Source: the human T2T-CHM13v2.0 reference genome, Homo sapiens
Strand: one strand, 5' to 3'
Length of the DNA: 64,000 bases
Assembly (NCBI RefSeq): GCF_009914755.1
Contig: NC_060926.1
The notes under the pieces are model-generated. The model did not search any database and was not told the DNA's origin. It saw only the letters and a program-made list of their open reading frames with translations. Positions 27,737-40,499 of the stretch are shown in pieces (within the stretch, counting starts at the first letter, position 1; each line of letters begins with the position of its first letter). The position numbers and the translations under genes are program-made.

Positions 27737-28879
27737 AGTGAGGGATTCGACCAATGATGGTCATGGCAGAGATAATGCAGATATGCCAATCTTAAAATAT
27801 CAGAAAGCTGCAGTGCCCACAACCTCTCCTGACTTTAATCAATTAAGTAGATACCCAGGGATTTTCAGTGGAGAGTGGAAGATAAAGCTACAGGAAAAAA
27901 AAAGACAAAGACGCAGTGGTTAAATGCTGAACCTTGGCCAAATGCTCTGGTGTGAAAAATAAGACTTTGAAAGACTCTAGAATAAGAGCTAGATATCCCA
28001 AGTGACAGAGCATGAGAGAGGTCATAGGAACCACAGACAGAACACAGAAAAACAATCTCACCCAGCACAGAGCTATATCTACAGCCACTATGGGTAACAA
28101 TCATTGTTTATTTCTTAACATGGAGGAACCGGGAATTGTGATCAGAACTCATTTTGATCACCTAAATCATTCAATTTATGGAAAGAATATGTATGTATTA
28201 AACTATGTATCTCTAATTCCAGAGAGCGAATTCAGTTATTCCCCCAAAATCCTTTTGTTGTTTTAATGAAATCCTGAATCAAAGAGCCCCTGCTGCTCTT
28301 TAATAGACAGATAACTCAGGTTTATGAAGTCTACCTGTGTGGTACCCACAGTAGGCAAATGAGAAAAGTAGCCCAATTCAGAAAACCATATTAACTGGGG
28401 CTTAACTCCGGCTGAGTGTTACATATATCTCATTATTGCAAGATATTTTCCTTTTAGATGACTTTTTCATTTCTTTTGAAAAGAAAGAATGGATCCGTAT
28501 GTGGTCAATTCACTTTTCAACAATTGTTTCTCTACTGACAGGCTGAAGTGATTTCACATTAAGAGAAAATGAGTTTTGCTGCTCTTCATAAATTGGTAAT
28601 GAGCTTTTTGAGCAATCATAGCCATAACCTGATTCACAAAAGAACCTTCTCAGATTTGCCATTAACATGTCTGTAACAATAAGCTGAGAAAAAAATACCA
28701 AATAAGCTGATGCCACTTGCTGAGAACTATTTTCCTCTCTTCATTTCAGCCCATTAGATTATTTCTCCCTGTGACACTATCAAGCAGCCTGGGTTCAGTT
28801 TGACAGTTAAGCATTGAGATATCTCTACCACTACCCTGTCTCACTTTGCAAAAGGAAGAGAACTTCAATGCTGTGCAGC

Positions 28880-29010
28880 AGGAAGGATGCCAGGAAAACT
28901 AGATTTTATTTTCAGCTCTGCTTCTCACCAGCTTGTGTGATATTGGGAGATTTATTCTTCTGCTCTGGATCAGTTTCCAATATTTCAAATATGCATGGAA
29001 CTGTTTCCAA
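28880..29010 (+). mobile_element. MIR fragment
   Basis: CAGCTCTGCTTCTCACCAGCTTGTGTGATATTGGG...TCAGTTTCC core-like sequence. Confidence 0.55.
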
Positions 29011-29199
29011 AGAGCTGAAAGACCTCCAGAGGTCCTCTCATTAAGATACGATGATGCTAATAAAGGCATAACATCTGAAATGCTACCTATTACTTTTGTG
29101 GAATGATTTCTCCCTGGATGCCTTCTTGTTGCTTACTTTCATTTCCTTCAGAGAAACCAACAACCCATAGAATGTTGCCTTTACACTACTAGAATGGAT

Positions 29200-30092
29200 T
29201 GAGGCCATATCGAGAAAAAAAATTCCCGCAATTCCTCTTTTAGCTCATCTCACTTCTCACATTCTTTATTGGAGGCAATTAAAGGAACCAGTTGGTACAT
29301 TCACCACTCTGCCTGGAAATTTTCTTTGCCAGATTTGCAAGTTTATTAGCCACATTTGCTATCTTCCACATAAGAAGGTGGCAGCTTTCCTAATTTTTGT
29401 GCCAGTATCATTAAGGTCCGTTTGTTTTTAGCTCTTTCTAACAGTTTCCTCAAGGTTTTTAGGTCCATAACTTCCACCTGATCATAAAGCCATTGCTACA
29501 TATTTTGATATTTTGTTGCTGAAGCACCTCTGTTCTGGTGTCATTCCATCTTTTGTTAGGCTTCTTCCATGGAACAAACTACCTTTAAAATATTGTGGCT
29601 TAAAACAGCAATCACTTGTTATTTCTCATGATTCTGAGGGTCAGGATTTTACAGAGGCAGTGGGCTTATCTACGCTCCCTTCAATGCCTGCTGTTACTGG
29701 AAAGGCTGCAACAGCTTCTTTAGCCCTTTGGTGCCTCATCAAGGGAGATATGGGCAGTGGAGGTCTGGCTAGAAGAGCTAGATTAGAGGAATGTCTGGAT
29801 TCTTCAGTTCTCAAGGTTCTCTCTCTCCACATGACCTCTTCATATTTTCTCTTTACACAGTTTCATCTAGAATTCTCATGTAAAACTTTAGGACTTCTAA
29901 GAGTTCATAAGTGGAAGTTTTATACTTTTTTAAAGCTTAGGCTAGGATTGCACAGCAATATTTTTGCTATATTCTATTCTAAAGTGTTTGAGTTATAAGC
30001 TAAGCTTGGATTCAAGAGGAAGTAACTACAAAAGGGCATAAACACTGAAGCATAACCCATGGGGTCCTATTAGTGTTAACTAACTACCACAA
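29200..30092 (-). mobile_element. Old MaLR: MLT1-int fragment (~29200-29545) attached to an MLT1I/J/K-like LTR (~29548-30092)
   Basis: Internal/LTR junction motif GCCATTGCTACATATTTTGATATTTTGTTGCTGAAGCACC..CTGGTG. LTR motifs GTGGCTTAAAACAGCAATCACTTGTTATTTCTCATGATTCTG and ...CTACCACA. Confidence 0.65.
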
Positions 30093-30180
30093 TGACAGAG
30101 GAAAAAGTAAAACAGGAAAAGAATTATTTTTTAAAAAATTAGGAAAATTGACAAATACCCTGGAAGTTGAATTTATGTAC

Positions 30181-30349
30181 TTTTTAATGTATTTATTTAT
30201 TTTTATTTATTTTTTTTTGAGATGGAGTCTCACTCTGTCACCCAGGCTGGGGTGCAGTGGCACAATCTTGGCTCACTGCAACCTCTACCTCCAGGTTCAA
30301 GCAATTGTCCTGAGTAGCTGGGATTACAGGCATGTGCCACCACTCCCGG
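30181..30349 (-). mobile_element. AluS right arm only (minus strand) with T-rich tail
   Basis: T-rich tail then GAGATGGAGTCTCACTCTGTCACCCAGG...GCCACCACTCCCGG; no left arm. Confidence 0.92.
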
Positions 30350-30510
30350 AATCCCAGCTTCTTGGGAGGCTGAGGCAGGAGAATTGCTTGAACCTGGGAG
30401 GTGGAGGTTCCAGTGAGCTGAGATCATACCACTGTACTCTAGCTACAGCTTGGGCGACAGAGTGAGTGAGATTCTGTCAAAAAAAAAAAAACAAAAAAAA
30501 AAAAACAAAA
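30350..30510 (+). mobile_element. AluS right arm only (plus strand) with poly-A tail
   Basis: AATCCCAGCTTCTTGGGAGGCTGAGGCAGGAGAATTGCTTGAACC...CTGTC(A)n. Confidence 0.92.
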
Positions 30511-31174
30511 ACACAAACATATGTATAAATGAAATCATAAGATTCATGGGATTTAATTCAAAATAATATGGGTAATGCAGTTTCAAAATGGGTGAGAGTA
30601 TAGTTAAAATAACAAGATTGATCATGACTTGATAATTGTTATAGTAGATTTCTGGGTATATACAAAATTACCACTTTTTTGTTTGAAATTTTTTTAAAGA
30701 AAAAGTAAAATCAAATAACAAAGAAATATATTCTAATATCACTAATGAAAACTGGATAATTACTATAGATCTTTCTTACAAATTAAAGATATAACAAGAT
30801 TAAAAATATTTCAGGCCAATATATTTGATACTTTATATGACATATGCATATATCACAAAAGAAAAACTTGTTGAAACAGACTCAAGAAGAAATAGAAAGC
30901 CTAAGTAGTCCTATATCTATGTAAAACAATGAATTCATTAATACCCTCAACACAATTTGAGGTACACAGGATGTGCCCTATGAATTATTTCTAATTTTTA
31001 GAAAATAAATAGCACTGGTATTACAAAAAGTATTTTAGAGAACATAAAAAGCGTGAGAACACTTCACAAGTCCTGTTATAAAGCTATGATATTCTTTATA
31101 GTAAACTTTGGCAACAACATTAGTAGAAAAAAATCACAGAATAATGTATTATCAACACTGATGAAATCATTTTA

Positions 31175-31617
31175 CAACTGACCCTTGAACAATGTCAAGG
31201 TTAGGGATGCTGACCCATCCATGCAATTGAAAATTTGTGCATAACTTTTGACTCCCCTAAAACTTAACTACTAATAGCATACTGTTGACTAGAAGCCTTA
31301 CTGATAATATGAAGAGTTGATTAACACATATTTTGTACGTTATATGTATTATATACTGTATTCTTACAATAAATCAAGCTACAGAAAAGAAAATTTTATT
31401 AAAAAAATCATAAGGAACATAAAATATATTTATTATTCATTAAGTGGAAGTGGAGTCATTTAAAAGGCCTTTATCCTCATTGTCTTCATGTTGACTAGGC
31501 TGAAGAAAAGGCAGAGGAGGGTTTGGTTTTGCTGTCTCAGGTGTGGCAGTGGCAGAAGAAAATCTGTATATAAGTGGACCTATGCAGCTCAAACCTATGT
31601 TGTTAAAGGCTCGACTG
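31175..31617. mobile_element. Tigger2a-like non-autonomous TcMar-Tigger DNA transposon
   Basis: Imperfect TIRs CAACTGACCCTTGAACAA / TTGTTAAAGGCTCGACTG, TA duplications at 31173-74 and 31618-19, ~443 bp. Confidence 0.88.
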
Positions 31618-33334
31618 TATTCATATATTTGTGAAAACTGATAATATATCACAAAGCCAATTAAGGTTTATTACAGGAATGTGAGAGCAGCTTAATATTC
31701 TTCAATCAATCAATAGAATTTATTACATATTAACAAAAAAGAAAATGACACCTTATTATTGATATATTTAGGAATAATATTTGATAAAATTAACCACCTG
31801 TCAACAATAAATTTTCATGATAATGTGTAAGTAGATGGAAATTTATACAATATGACAAAGAATATTAACCAAAAACATACTGTAAATTTTATAGTTATGA
31901 GTGAATTATTGAATGTATTTCCTTTGACGTGAGAAATGCCATAAGTGTCCCCAAACTTACAAATTCTATTAATGATATTACAAGTTAGTTCTACATAGTG
32001 TAGTAATAGAAGAAAAAGAAAGACCACAAGATTAAAAAGGAGGAAATACCTCTCATTATTCAGAGATCATACAATTACATATATAGAAAATCCAAAAGCA
32101 TCCATTGGCAAACTATAGGAATCAATAAATAAATTTAGCATGTTGGTTGTATAAAAGTCAATATATAGATTAATTTTTCTTATATACAATAAAAGCAATT
32201 AGAAAATAAAAGTTTAAAATATAATAAAATTAAGAATATCAAATAACTGAGAATAATTATAATAAAATATATTTAAATTGACACCAAATGCTGCAAAACT
32301 GTTCTGTAAGAAATAGCAGAATATATTTTTGTGTATATACATACATGACATACATATATACAACAAACCTGTACACGTACAGATATACAATGTGATTTTA
32401 TGAAAATACATAGTATAAAAATCACAATTCTTTCTAAATATTTAGATCAAATGTAATATCAATCAAAACTAGGTATAATTTTCTGTTGTTTTGTTGAGGT
32501 TGGCAAATTCTTTCCAATATTAGTTTAGAAATATGAAGGATCTTACATAGTCAAACTATGTTCAAGAAGAAAAAGAAAGCTAAATAACTCATTCCAATTT
32601 ATATCAAGATTTATTGCAATGCTCTAGTAATTAGCACAGTGTAAAATTGGTAAAAGTATAGGCAAGCTGATCACAAAAATGTAAAAGTGTATTTAAAAGC
32701 AGTTGCACATACATACAGTTTCCTGATATATAAAAGTGAAACACTAGAGTGCAATAGGAGAAAAATGGCCTTTTCAATAATTGCTGCTGGGCCACTTGTA
32801 TGTTTATTGATATTTTCAAAAAAGAGTCTATTAATAGATTCCTATATTATACTATATACAAAATAAATATAAATTGAATGGAAATATAAATGTACAAATT
32901 AACACTACTAGAAGACAGTACAGAAAAATATCTTTATGAATTTGGGCTAGCAAAAAAATTTAACACAGAAAAGGATTAATCACAATGAAAAGAGATTAAA
33001 AATTCTACTGTAATACAACTAAGAATTTCAAAAGTCACCATTAAGAGAATAAGAAATAAAGCCACAAAAGACTCTTATCCAATATATATAAACAAATTAG
33101 CATTTCACATTTGGAAAGTGAGACAAATGCTAGAACATGCACTTTATAAAATAGGACATCCAAATGTCCAATAAACATGAAAGGGTACTGATCTTCACAG
33201 TAAAGATAATTGTACATTTAAATACAAATTATAACCAAAGTATAAAACCCTTACATAACAGAAAAATAGAAACACAGAAAACACTACATCTTTATGAGAA
33301 TGTGGAATAATTGAAACACTCATAATTACTGCTG

Positions 33335-34580
33335 GCTTCAACAAATGGTGCTACAATAACTGAATTTCCACATGCAGAAAAAAAAAGTTAAGCTATATTA
33401 AAAAATGAACTCAAAATGGGTCAAGGACTTCAATATAAGAGACAAAATCATAAAATTCTTAAAGGAAATCATGCAGATAAATATTCTTCACCTTAGATTT
33501 GTCAAGGAAATCTTAGATATGACACCAAAAGTACAAGAAACAAAAGAAAAAAAATTAACAAATTATTTAACGAAATTAGAATCTTTTGTGCAACAAAGGA
33601 CACTATCAAGAAAGTGAAAAGACTACCTACAAGATGGGAGAAAATATTTGAAAATCATATATCTGATAAACATTCAATATCCAGAATATATAAAGAATTA
33701 CAATTCAACAACAAAGGAACAATCCAATAAAATTTTTGTAATTGGCTTAAGTTTACATTTCTTCAAATAATATTTATAAATGCCCAATAAGCATATGAAA
33801 AGATGCTCAACATCATTAATCATTAGGGAAATGGAAATCAAAATCACAATGAGATATTACTTCATGCATACTAATATGGTTATAATAAAAATATTTAATT
33901 AAGAAACAGAAACTAACAAATGTCCAGAATGTGCAGAAATTAGAATACTCATAAATTGCTGATGGAAGTGTAAATAGTGCAGTTGCTGTGAAAAGTAGCT
34001 TGATGGTGTCTCAAAAAGCTAAATACCTCTACACAATTACCATAGAACTTGATAATTCCACTTTCAGATATATATCCAGGGACTCAAACAGATACTTTTA
34101 TACCAATGTTCATTGCAGCATTATTTACAATAGCCAAAAGATTGAAATAACCCAAATGTCCATCAACAGAAGAATGTATAAAGAAAATGTGGTATATGAA
34201 TACAATGGAATATTATTCAGTCCAAGAAAGAAATGATGTTCTGATACATGCTACAGCATGAATGAACCTTGAAAATACTGTGCTAAGTGATGTAAGTTGC
34301 CTGGGAAAATATTATGTGATACCACTTGTATGAATTATCCAGACAAGGCAAATTCATTGAAAAAGAATGTACAAGAGATTACCAGGGGAAAGGCAGAAAT
34401 GGAAAGATATTGCTTAATGGGTACAGTGTTTCTGTTTAGGTGAGGAAATTTTTGGAAAAAGATAGTAGTAATGGTCGCACAACATTGTGTTATAATTAAT
34501 GCCAACAAATTGTACACATAAAAATAGTTGAATATAACAAATTTTACATTAAGTATATTTTACCACAATTAAAAAAAATT
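33335..34580 (+). mobile_element. L1MB-family 3' portion
   Basis: CTTCAACAAATGGTGC...AAGAAAGTGAAAAGACTACCTAC...CTGATACATGCTACAGCATGAATGAACCTTGAAAA...TATATTTTACCACAATTAAAAAAAA. Confidence 0.85.
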
Positions 34581-35653
34581 AAATCTGCCGAGAGTTTCAC
34601 TGAAAAAAAAAACCACATTGGAACACTTTGTGATAGTATCTATTGAACGTATTTATACCCTGTGTCTCATATTTGCAATCATACCAAACATAAATGTGTA
34701 CATACCTTCAACAAAGGACATTTTCTAGAATTATCACTTATGCTCTGTATACAATAAAATGAGCTTATGAATTGTGGTATATTTGTATTCTATGGAAGTG
34801 AAAACAAACAAAATACAACTATGCACATAAATTTGTATAAAATTCACAAAGATTTTTGTGAAATAAGCCAGAGGCAAAAAACATGCATATCTTATAATTC
34901 CAGTAATATAATATCAAGGACAAGCAAAATCTGTGATTTCAGGTAAGAATGTGGTTGTCATTGGAGTTAATTGCCTAAAAGGATCATGGGTCAGGGGCAG
35001 ATTGTGATTTACTGTGATTCTATGTTCTGATGTTTGAGAATTTTTCCAAATTCTTGTTATGCTTCAATAAAAAAAGTTACAAAGATAAAGAACTAAAAAC
35101 TAAAAGTACATTGTAAGTGACCAAAACTATTTGTCTCATTCTTTTAAATGTTACACTAGAGAGGCAAATGTGATTACATTGGTAAGTAGCAGCTATATAA
35201 ATTACTGACAGATTCCTTGGTAATATTATAGTCAACTAATTGCAAACCTAATATAAAGTTTATTTTTTAAAATGCTGACAAGAGAGAAATGTGATTATGG
35301 AGTAACTAGTAAATAGCTGGAGCTTATGGGGAGGCTGAAAGGCATGAATGTCTTTGGCTAATAACCCATTCATGGGCACCAGGTATGTGATGAAGCTGCT
35401 ACCTCCTCAGCTACAAAATAATGCACATTTCACAAAACCCTCTCTTGGAGTTTAATCCCCAAGTCATGGACAGTATAGTATCCTATTCACTGGATAATCA
35501 TTTACAAAAGATTTTTCTATCTAATAATATCCAGAAGTGCTCTGGGTCTTTAGGAAGGCCCCATCACAATGTCAAAATTTTAATTCTTCCCATAATAATA
35601 AAACTCATTAATATTAGGGCAGTAAGAATGCCAACTAGAAATTGTACATCTTT

Positions 35654-35922
35654 CTGAGCACAGCGGCTCATGCCTGTAATCCCAGCACTTTGCGGGGCCA
35701 AGGTGAGCAGATTACTTGAATTCAAGAGTTCAAGACCAGCCCGTACAACATAGCAAGACCCCATCTCTACTAAAAGTACAAAAATTTGCTGGGCATGGTA
35801 CATGTGCCTGTAGCTGCAGCTACTTGGCAGGCTGAGGATCGCTTGAGCCTGACAGGTTGAGGCTGCTGTGAGCCGTGATTGTGCCACTGCACTCAGCCTG
35901 GGTGACAGAGTAAGATCCTGTC

Positions 35923-35950
<28 letters not shown>
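35654..35950 (+). mobile_element. AluJ (Jb/Jr-like)
   Basis: Dimeric Alu with J-type features (GCAAGACCCCATCTC, GATCGCTTGAGCC, GAGGCTGC) and a long A tail. Confidence 0.92.
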
Positions 35951-35954
<4 letters not shown>

Positions 35955-37726
35955 GTTATCATGATGCTAGCTGGTTATTTTGCAGATTTGTTTATGTGGT
36001 TTCTTCATAGAGTCACTGGTCTGTGTATTTCAGTGTGTTTTTGTAGTGACTGGTAACAGTTTTTCCTGTCCGTATTTAGTGCTTCCTTCAGGAGCTCTGA
36101 TAAGGCAGGTCTGGTGGTAATAAATTCCTTCAGCATTTGCTTGTCTGAAAAGGATCTTACTTCTCCTTTGCTTATGAAGCTTAGTTTGGCCATATGTGAA
36201 ATTCTAGGTTGAAAATTCTCTCTTTAAGAATGTTGAATATTGCCCCCTCTATCTCTTCTAGTTTATAGGGTTCCCCCGAGAGGTCCTCTGTAGTCTGATG
36301 GGTTTCCCTTTGTAAATGACCTGGCTTTTCTCTCTGGCTCCCATTTTTTCTTTCATGTCGACCTTGGAGACTCTGATGATTATATATTTTGGGGATGATC
36401 TTCTCATGGAGCATCTTACTGGGGTTTGTTGCATTTTCTGAAGTTGAATGTTGGCTTGTCTTGCTAGGTGGGGAAGATCTCCTTGATGGTATCCTGAAGT
36501 ATATTTTCCAAATCACTTCCATTCTCCCCATCTCTTTCGAGTATCCCAGTTAGTTGTAGATTACATCTCTTTACATAATCCCATATTTTCCAAACGTTTT
36601 GTTCATTCTGTTTTATTCTTATCTATCTCTCTATTCTTGTCTGCCTGTCTTATTTCAGACAGAGAGTCTTCAACCTCTAATGTTCTTGGTCTAGTCTGCT
36701 ATTAATACTGTGATTGCACTGTGAAGTTCTTGTAGTGTGTCTTTCAGCTCTATCAGGTTGGTCATGTTCCTCTGTATTGCACCTATTTTGGCTTTCAGCT
36801 CCTGCATTGTTTTATCATGACTCTTAGCTTTTGTGCATTGGGTTACAATAGATACCTGTAGCTCAGCAAAGTTTGTTTTTATCCACATTCTGAAGCCTGC
36901 TTCTGTCATTTCAGCCATCTCAGCCTCAGTCCAGTTCTGAGCCCTTGCTGGAAAGGTGTTGTGGTCATTTGGAGGAAAGGGGCCACTCTGGCTTTAAAGT
37001 TCAACATCGCTAATCATTAGAGAAATGCATATCAAAACCATAATAAAATACCATCTCATACCAGTCACAATGGCAATTATTGAAAAGTCAAGAAACAACA
37101 TATGCTGCCATGGTCTGAAGAAAAAGGAATGCTTTTACACTGTTGATGGGAATGTAAATTAGTTCAACCATTGTGGAAGACAATATAGTGATTCTTCAAA
37201 GACCGAGAAGCAGAAATACCGTTCAATCAAGCAATCTCATTACTGGGTATATACCCAAAAGTATATGTTATTCTTACATTCTTATTCAAATGCCCATCAA
37301 TAATAGACTGGATAAAGAAAATATGGTACATATACACCACGGAATACTATGCAGCAATGAAAAAGAATGAGATTGTGTCCTTTGCAGAAACATAGATGGA
37401 GCTGGAGGCCATTATCCTTAGCAAACTAATTCAGGAACAGAAAACAAAATAAGTGTTCTCACTTATAAGTGGGAGCTGAATGATGAGAACACATGGACAC
37501 ATGACAAGAAAAAACACAAACTAGGGCTTGTCAGAGGATGGGGCTGGGAGGAGGAGGAGCATCAGGAGGAATAGCTAATTCATGCTGGGCTTAATACCTG
37601 GTTGATGGGATGATCTGTGCAGCAAACCACCGTGGCACAGATTTACCTGTGTAATAAACGTGCACATCCTGCACATGTATCCCTGAACTTAAAATAAACA
37701 TTGGAAAGAAAAAAGAAAAAAAAAAG
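35951..37726 (+). mobile_element. L1PA11-13-like element: inverted ORF1 segment (35951-36995, minus) joined to a sense 3' end (36996-37726)
   Basis: Minus-strand ORF1 peptides (AKLSFISKGEVRSFSDKQMLKEF; MAEMTEAGFRMWIKTNF). Sense 3' UTR GCTGGGCTTAATACCTGGTTGATGGGATGATCTGTGCAGCAAACCACC with A tail. Confidence 0.9.
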
Positions 37727-37923
37727 AGAAATTATACATCTTTATAATTAAGATAGTAAATTATCGTTAATCAAGGCACCTTAATACAAAATACTGAATT
37801 ATAAATACAAATATGCTTACAAAAAAATTTTATAATAATATAGAAAATGTCTACTTATTTACAGTATTCACTGTAAATAAAGCTGGAGTTTCTTTCAGAT
37901 TCAGTACTTAAGCTCCTTGATAA

Positions 37924-38300
<377 letters not shown>

Positions 38301-39499
38301 TATTTTACTATAATTGTCCTGCCATTTTAGGAACAACTTTACATTCTGACTTGTCCATGATTTGTGTGTTTTTCTCTCTAATATATTTCAGCTCAATTAA
38401 ACAAGGGAAAGTACCCTCTAAGCTAAATATCAGCAGGGCTGTCATTAGAGGTGACTGGAAGAGCAAACAAATTAAGACTCAAGAGTTTTTGGACAATAGA
38501 GAATAAATGTCCCTTGAGCAAGTAATTCCTTAATACTTAACAAAATTTTGTTTACCCTAGAAGACACATCAAAAAAATGACAAGTTGATGACTGAACTGT
38601 GTTTCTTGGTCTATGAAAATGAGTGTTCTAGCTGAGTGGTGAAAGAATTTGTGGCAATATAAAAAGAGGAGGAAGGAAATTCCAGGGTTGTGAAAACAAT
38701 TGTCAGGGAAAGTAGAGCGATATCAATCCCTGAAAATAGTAGTGAATATGAATTTCTTATTTCAGTCTGTTGAAAAGTGAATGGGAATTGAATAAGATGA
38801 AGATAATGTATGTATGATTCCTTCGATAATCAGCTTCTGATGAAAATGGAAGAGAAGGTATTTAGCATATTAAGTGGTATTTATATTGAGAGACAATAAA
38901 GGAAGTAAGGAAAACACTAAATATTTTAGCAGACACATTGGAAAGCACTGTAAAAGGATAAATTGATGGAATAGTCTAAACAATTGTAAATAATAAGAGT
39001 CAGCTAACTAATTGTTATTTTCAAATAGGAGGTCATTTATAGTTATTTACTACTCAAAAGGGTCTGGACTTTGAAACAAGACTGTTAAGGGCATCTTTTG
39101 TACACCTACTGTTGTCTCTCTTTGTACCTTTTATTGTTTCATGGAGACACATTTATGAACAACTTATTGCACTAAATTTTCCATATCTCAGGCTTATTAC
39201 TGGTAGTGTTGTTATATTATTTCTTGTACCTTAAAAGAATGTAGATTCATGATTCTGTCTTTCTGAGACATTAGATTTTTAACTGAAAAATGATCCATCA
39301 TTGTCTTCAGTGCTATATGAAAAAAAAATGTATTGACAAGAGCTATTTGCGTGAGAACATCCTAGGCACTACAGGTGCTTGAAAGTGAAAGTCAATGAGA
39401 TCACTCTAAATTAATTTAAATGTTTTCTCATCTCCTTCACACACTGCAAAATATCTATATAAATATAATTGCTAACCCTTATTTATATGGAAGTTTGAA

Positions 39500-39770
39500 A
39501 ACGTAGAGCAGCATCAGAAAGATGTAGAATAGATGGAACAGGTTTGGTTATCACCTCTGCAGTATATGAGCTCTTTAACAGAGGGAAATGTAACCAGTCT
39601 GGTTGAGCCTATTTTTTCACATGTAAAATGGGTTTATTAATTTCTTCTTGCAAGTATTTTTGTGAAGTAGAGATTACATACATGTAATATACACAGTATG
39701 TGTGTGTATTTGTGTATATGCATATGTAATGCTTAGCCTGGCAAAAATTGGTGTTCGATAAAGCAGTTCT
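39500..39770 (+). mobile_element. MIR
   Basis: GAGCCTATTTTTTCACATGTAAAATGGGTTTATTAAT core and GCTTAGCCTGGCA tail. Confidence 0.65.
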
Positions 39771-40499
39771 CATGATTTTTGTTAATCTGAGAAAAGGTAA
39801 AAAACAGTATTTCAAATCATAAAAGGTTCAATGAATTACCCCATCTTTAAGGTAAAATTTGGCAGATGTCTCAATTTGTATTTCAACTTATATGAAATAA
39901 TATACTTTGAATTCCTAACATAAATTATTTTGAAATGCAAATCACAACTGTTAGCTGACTCCAAATCTAATTTTAAATTTATTTTGCTAAGGTAATTGGA
40001 GTGCAGATCAATTGTTTTCTTCTAAAGATAACCAAAATATATTTTTCTCAGAAAGTCACAAATCATTCATTTTACCCTTGAATAATTTTTTCAGTTGTAA
40101 TGATGCTGCCTTATTAATAAGATATGATTATTTGATACAGTATCAATTTACTATTAAAGCATTGGGAAATTTGACTTAAGTTAATTTATAGTTTAGTAGC
40201 TGTTTGAATGTTGGCTTCCCAGACACTGTCTTCCTAATCATTGACTTATTTTACATACTCATCGAGTGCTAGACTAATTTTTTCACACTATAATGTAAGT
40301 AGAAAAAGAAACACTTTAATATTTGTGGCCACTTATGTCCTACCCATATTTTTATGCCTCAAAAATATCCATACTTCTTTATTTTCATATTGGGATACAA
40401 TTATCTCCATGATATGTCAGTTTCTTAAGTAATGGTAGGGATATTTTAATATACTTTTAAACTATTTATTAAATGATAAATATTGTATTATTTCTTTAG

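Larger units (their letters stand above)
30710..35080 (+). mobile_element. Old L1ME-like ORF2 and 3' end, interrupted by Tigger2a and an L1MB
   Basis: A-rich ORF2 relic motifs (GACTCAAGAAGAAATAGAAAGCCT; AGAAAATCCAAAAGCATCC). Terminal TTATGCTTCAATAAAAAA at ~35070. Confidence 0.7.

Noticed and set aside
29513-29998. 161-aa ORF
   Set aside because: Lies across a degenerate MLT1 LTR, has a non-ATG start and no protein resemblance
30073-30465. Alu-derived ORFs (also at 24498, 35564, 37960 and 55581-56065)
   Set aside because: Typical Alu translation signatures ([22 protein letters not shown]), not genes
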